Shown here piece by piece: positions 15,168 through 16,806 of a stretch of DNA of 16,806 nt. Positions within the stretch are counted from its first letter, which is position 1. Each line of letters begins with the position of its first letter. The translations under genes were made by a program, and so were the position numbers. The stretch is from Promethearchaeota archaeon (GTDB lineage: Archaea; Asgardarchaeota; Lokiarchaeia; Sigyniarchaeales; SOKP01): contig SDNY01000076.1 in NCBI GenBank assembly GCA_004524535.1, forward strand, positions 1 to 16,806, written 5' to 3'. The notes below the pieces were generated by a model, which was not told the DNA's origin, did not search any database, and saw only the letters and a list, made by a program, of their open reading frames with translations.

Positions 15168-16091
15168 GTGAAAGAATTGACTAAAGAGTTCCGTCCCATT
15201 GCAATGATAAACATTACGAATAGATGCACATTAAGGTGTAAACATTGTTTTGTTTACCGTGATGGAACCCCTAACACCCCCACTAAACAAAATGAAATGC
15301 CCGCTGACCAAATGATAAAAGAAATTAAAAAATATCGCAAAAAATTCGGAATTTTGCACATGGTGTGGATGGGTGGAGAACCCCTCTTAAGAAAAGATGT
15401 ATTAGAACTGGGGATTAAACTATTCCCTCAAAATATCATAACAACAAATGGCACACTTCCATTATTCAACTTAGGACCAAAGATAAAATGGGTCATTTCA
15501 TTAGATGGGACCGAAGAGATTAATGATGAAGTGAGGGGTAAGGGTAGTTTTAAGAAAGTAATAAATAATTTGAACAATTTACCTGATGATTTTACTGGAG
15601 ATCTTCAGTGTGGTTGTTGTGTTACAAAGAAAAATGAACACGTTTTAGAAGAATTCATTGAAGTTTTACAGAAAGAAACCCCTTTACGAGGAATAAACTT
15701 CACATTTTACGTACCGAAAAAGAATGATACTACTGGATTGGGCTGGAAAGATTTAGAAGAACGAGATAAGGTAATAAAAAACCTTATGGCTCTAAAGAAA
15801 AAATATCCTAACTATATTTTAAACAACTCTATGGTTCTAGAGCTTATGCTATCTCATAACGCCTTAGAAATAACAAATAATTGCCCTGTATTGAATTATA
15901 TGCTTCCTCTGTATCTTGGAGAGGAGGGTTTTGAGCGCCCATTTTGTTGTTATGGAAACGATGTAAATTGCGATTTATGTGGAGCTTGGGTAGTCTTTCA
16001 TCTTGCTTTAATTATTAAATTAAATCCAGGATTTCCTAATATTACTAGCGGTCCTTATAAAAAAGTTACTCCAACAAGTATAAACAAATAA
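15168..16091 (+). CDS. Radical SAM enzyme with Cys-rich C-terminal domain
   Basis: TNRCTLRCKHCF (CxxxCxxC), GGEP, TTNG, ISLDG...ND.VRGKGSF, C-terminal C...CCYGNDVNCDLCG. GTG start. Confidence 0.88.
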   Translation: MKELTKEFRPIAMINITNRCTLRCKHCFVYRDGTPNTPTKQNEMPADQMIKEIKKYRKKFGILHMVWMGGEPLLRKDVLELGIKLFPQNIITTNGTLPLFNLGPKIKWVISLDGTEEINDEVRGKGSFKKVINNLNNLPDDFTGDLQCGCCVTKKNEHVLEEFIEVLQKETPLRGINFTFYVPKKNDTTGLGWKDLEERDKVIKNLMALKKKYPNYILNNSMVLELMLSHNALEITNNCPVLNYMLPLYLGEEGFERPFCCYGNDVNCDLCGAWVVFHLALIIKLNPGFPNITSGPYKKVTPTSINK

Positions 16092-16136
16092 TTAAAGTTA
16101 TGATTAAATATACTGCTTAAAAAGGTATACGGAATG

Positions 16137-16806
16137 TCATTTGGATGCGAGTTTGGATGATTTATAAGCCTTTAGATCCCGGTACAGCCATACCGTCATT
16201 TCACCCCTTCCACGATGAGCCCAAGCATAATACGGAATGGCTAGAAATTCCTTTTCGACTCTTTCGTTTTCATCTTTTTTAAGGTAATGAACAGCACCTG
16301 TAATAACAACGATTCCATTAAGCATATCTTTATGATAAACAGCTTTAAGATTAGCAGCATCATCTAAAAAGAGATTAAACACATGGTCTACATTATTATC
16401 AATCCCTTCAACACAATAAACAATCGGCCCACGTTCTAGTGCAACCCTTCCTAAATTATTTTTAACCTTTTCATGTGCAACCACACGTCTGATGGGCATC
16501 GGCATGTTAAATTCAATAGTATCTCCATCTCTCCACGTGCGCCGAATACATGCAAAACCTTTTTCATTAATGAAATCAATTGAATTATTATTAACTTTAA
16601 GGTTCACTTCTTCGTTGCTTTCATTCAGATAAAGATACAAGTCGCTTGGTACTGGGCGATTCTGGGCCCAACCAGGAATTCGGATAGCAATCGTAAAATC
16701 ACTACTTTCTTGGACATTCATTATGATTTTTACTATACCATTCCAAGGATAATCTGTTTCTTGAGTGATTATAACTGGTTTTTCATCAATAAAAACTGTA
16801 GCATTA
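16137..16806 (-). CDS. GH127-like (DUF1680) glycoside hydrolase, C-terminal part; 5' end outside the window
   Basis: The frame is open to the edge (...ITQETDYPWNGIVKI...), followed by IRIPGWA, RTWRDGD, GRVALERGPIVYCVEGIDN, AIPYYAWAHRG.GEM.VW, all typical of GH127 C-terminal domains. Confidence 0.85.
   Translation of the reverse strand, partial: NATVFIDEKPVIITQETDYPWNGIVKIIMNVQESSDFTIAIRIPGWAQNRPVPSDLYLYLNESNEEVNLKVNNNSIDFINEKGFACIRRTWRDGDTIEFNMPMPIRRVVAHEKVKNNLGRVALERGPIVYCVEGIDNNVDHVFNLFLDDAANLKAVYHKDMLNGIVVITGAVHYLKKDENERVEKEFLAIPYYAWAHRGRGEMTVWLYRDLKAYKSSKLASK

Noticed and set aside
1-16806. CRISPR arrays, tRNA/rRNA, IS elements, SECIS elements
   Set aside because: All intergenic gaps are under 200 nt and AT-rich; by eye I found no spaced repeats, cloverleafs, transposase ORFs or SECIS-like stems.

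Overview
AT-rich, gene-dense archaeal window. Gene content and style suggest an Asgard/Lokiarchaeia-like anaerobe, which is inference only. It is mostly anaerobic 2-oxoacid and acyl-CoA metabolism. Left: a truncated POR-type alpha subunit behind a gamma-delta fusion, a PaaI thioesterase divergent from an NDP-forming acyl-CoA synthetase alpha subunit, a VapBC pair with an apparent operator over its TATA box, and an RGG/Zn-finger/ferredoxin fusion. Centre: a minus-strand run of acyl-CoA dehydrogenase, KOR-type gamma, delta, alpha and beta, an HdrA-MvhD fusion, a thiolase-fold protein and DUF35. Right: a repeat-built membrane protein, a radical SAM enzyme and a truncated GH127-like hydrolase. The best candidate for an undescribed system is HdrA-MvhD, tightly coupled to a 2-oxoacid:ferredoxin oxidoreductase with no HdrB/HdrC/MvhAG in the window, followed by a thiolase homologue whose nucleophilic Cys is replaced by Pro plus its DUF35 partner. 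No rRNA, tRNA, CRISPR array or transposase was recognised.
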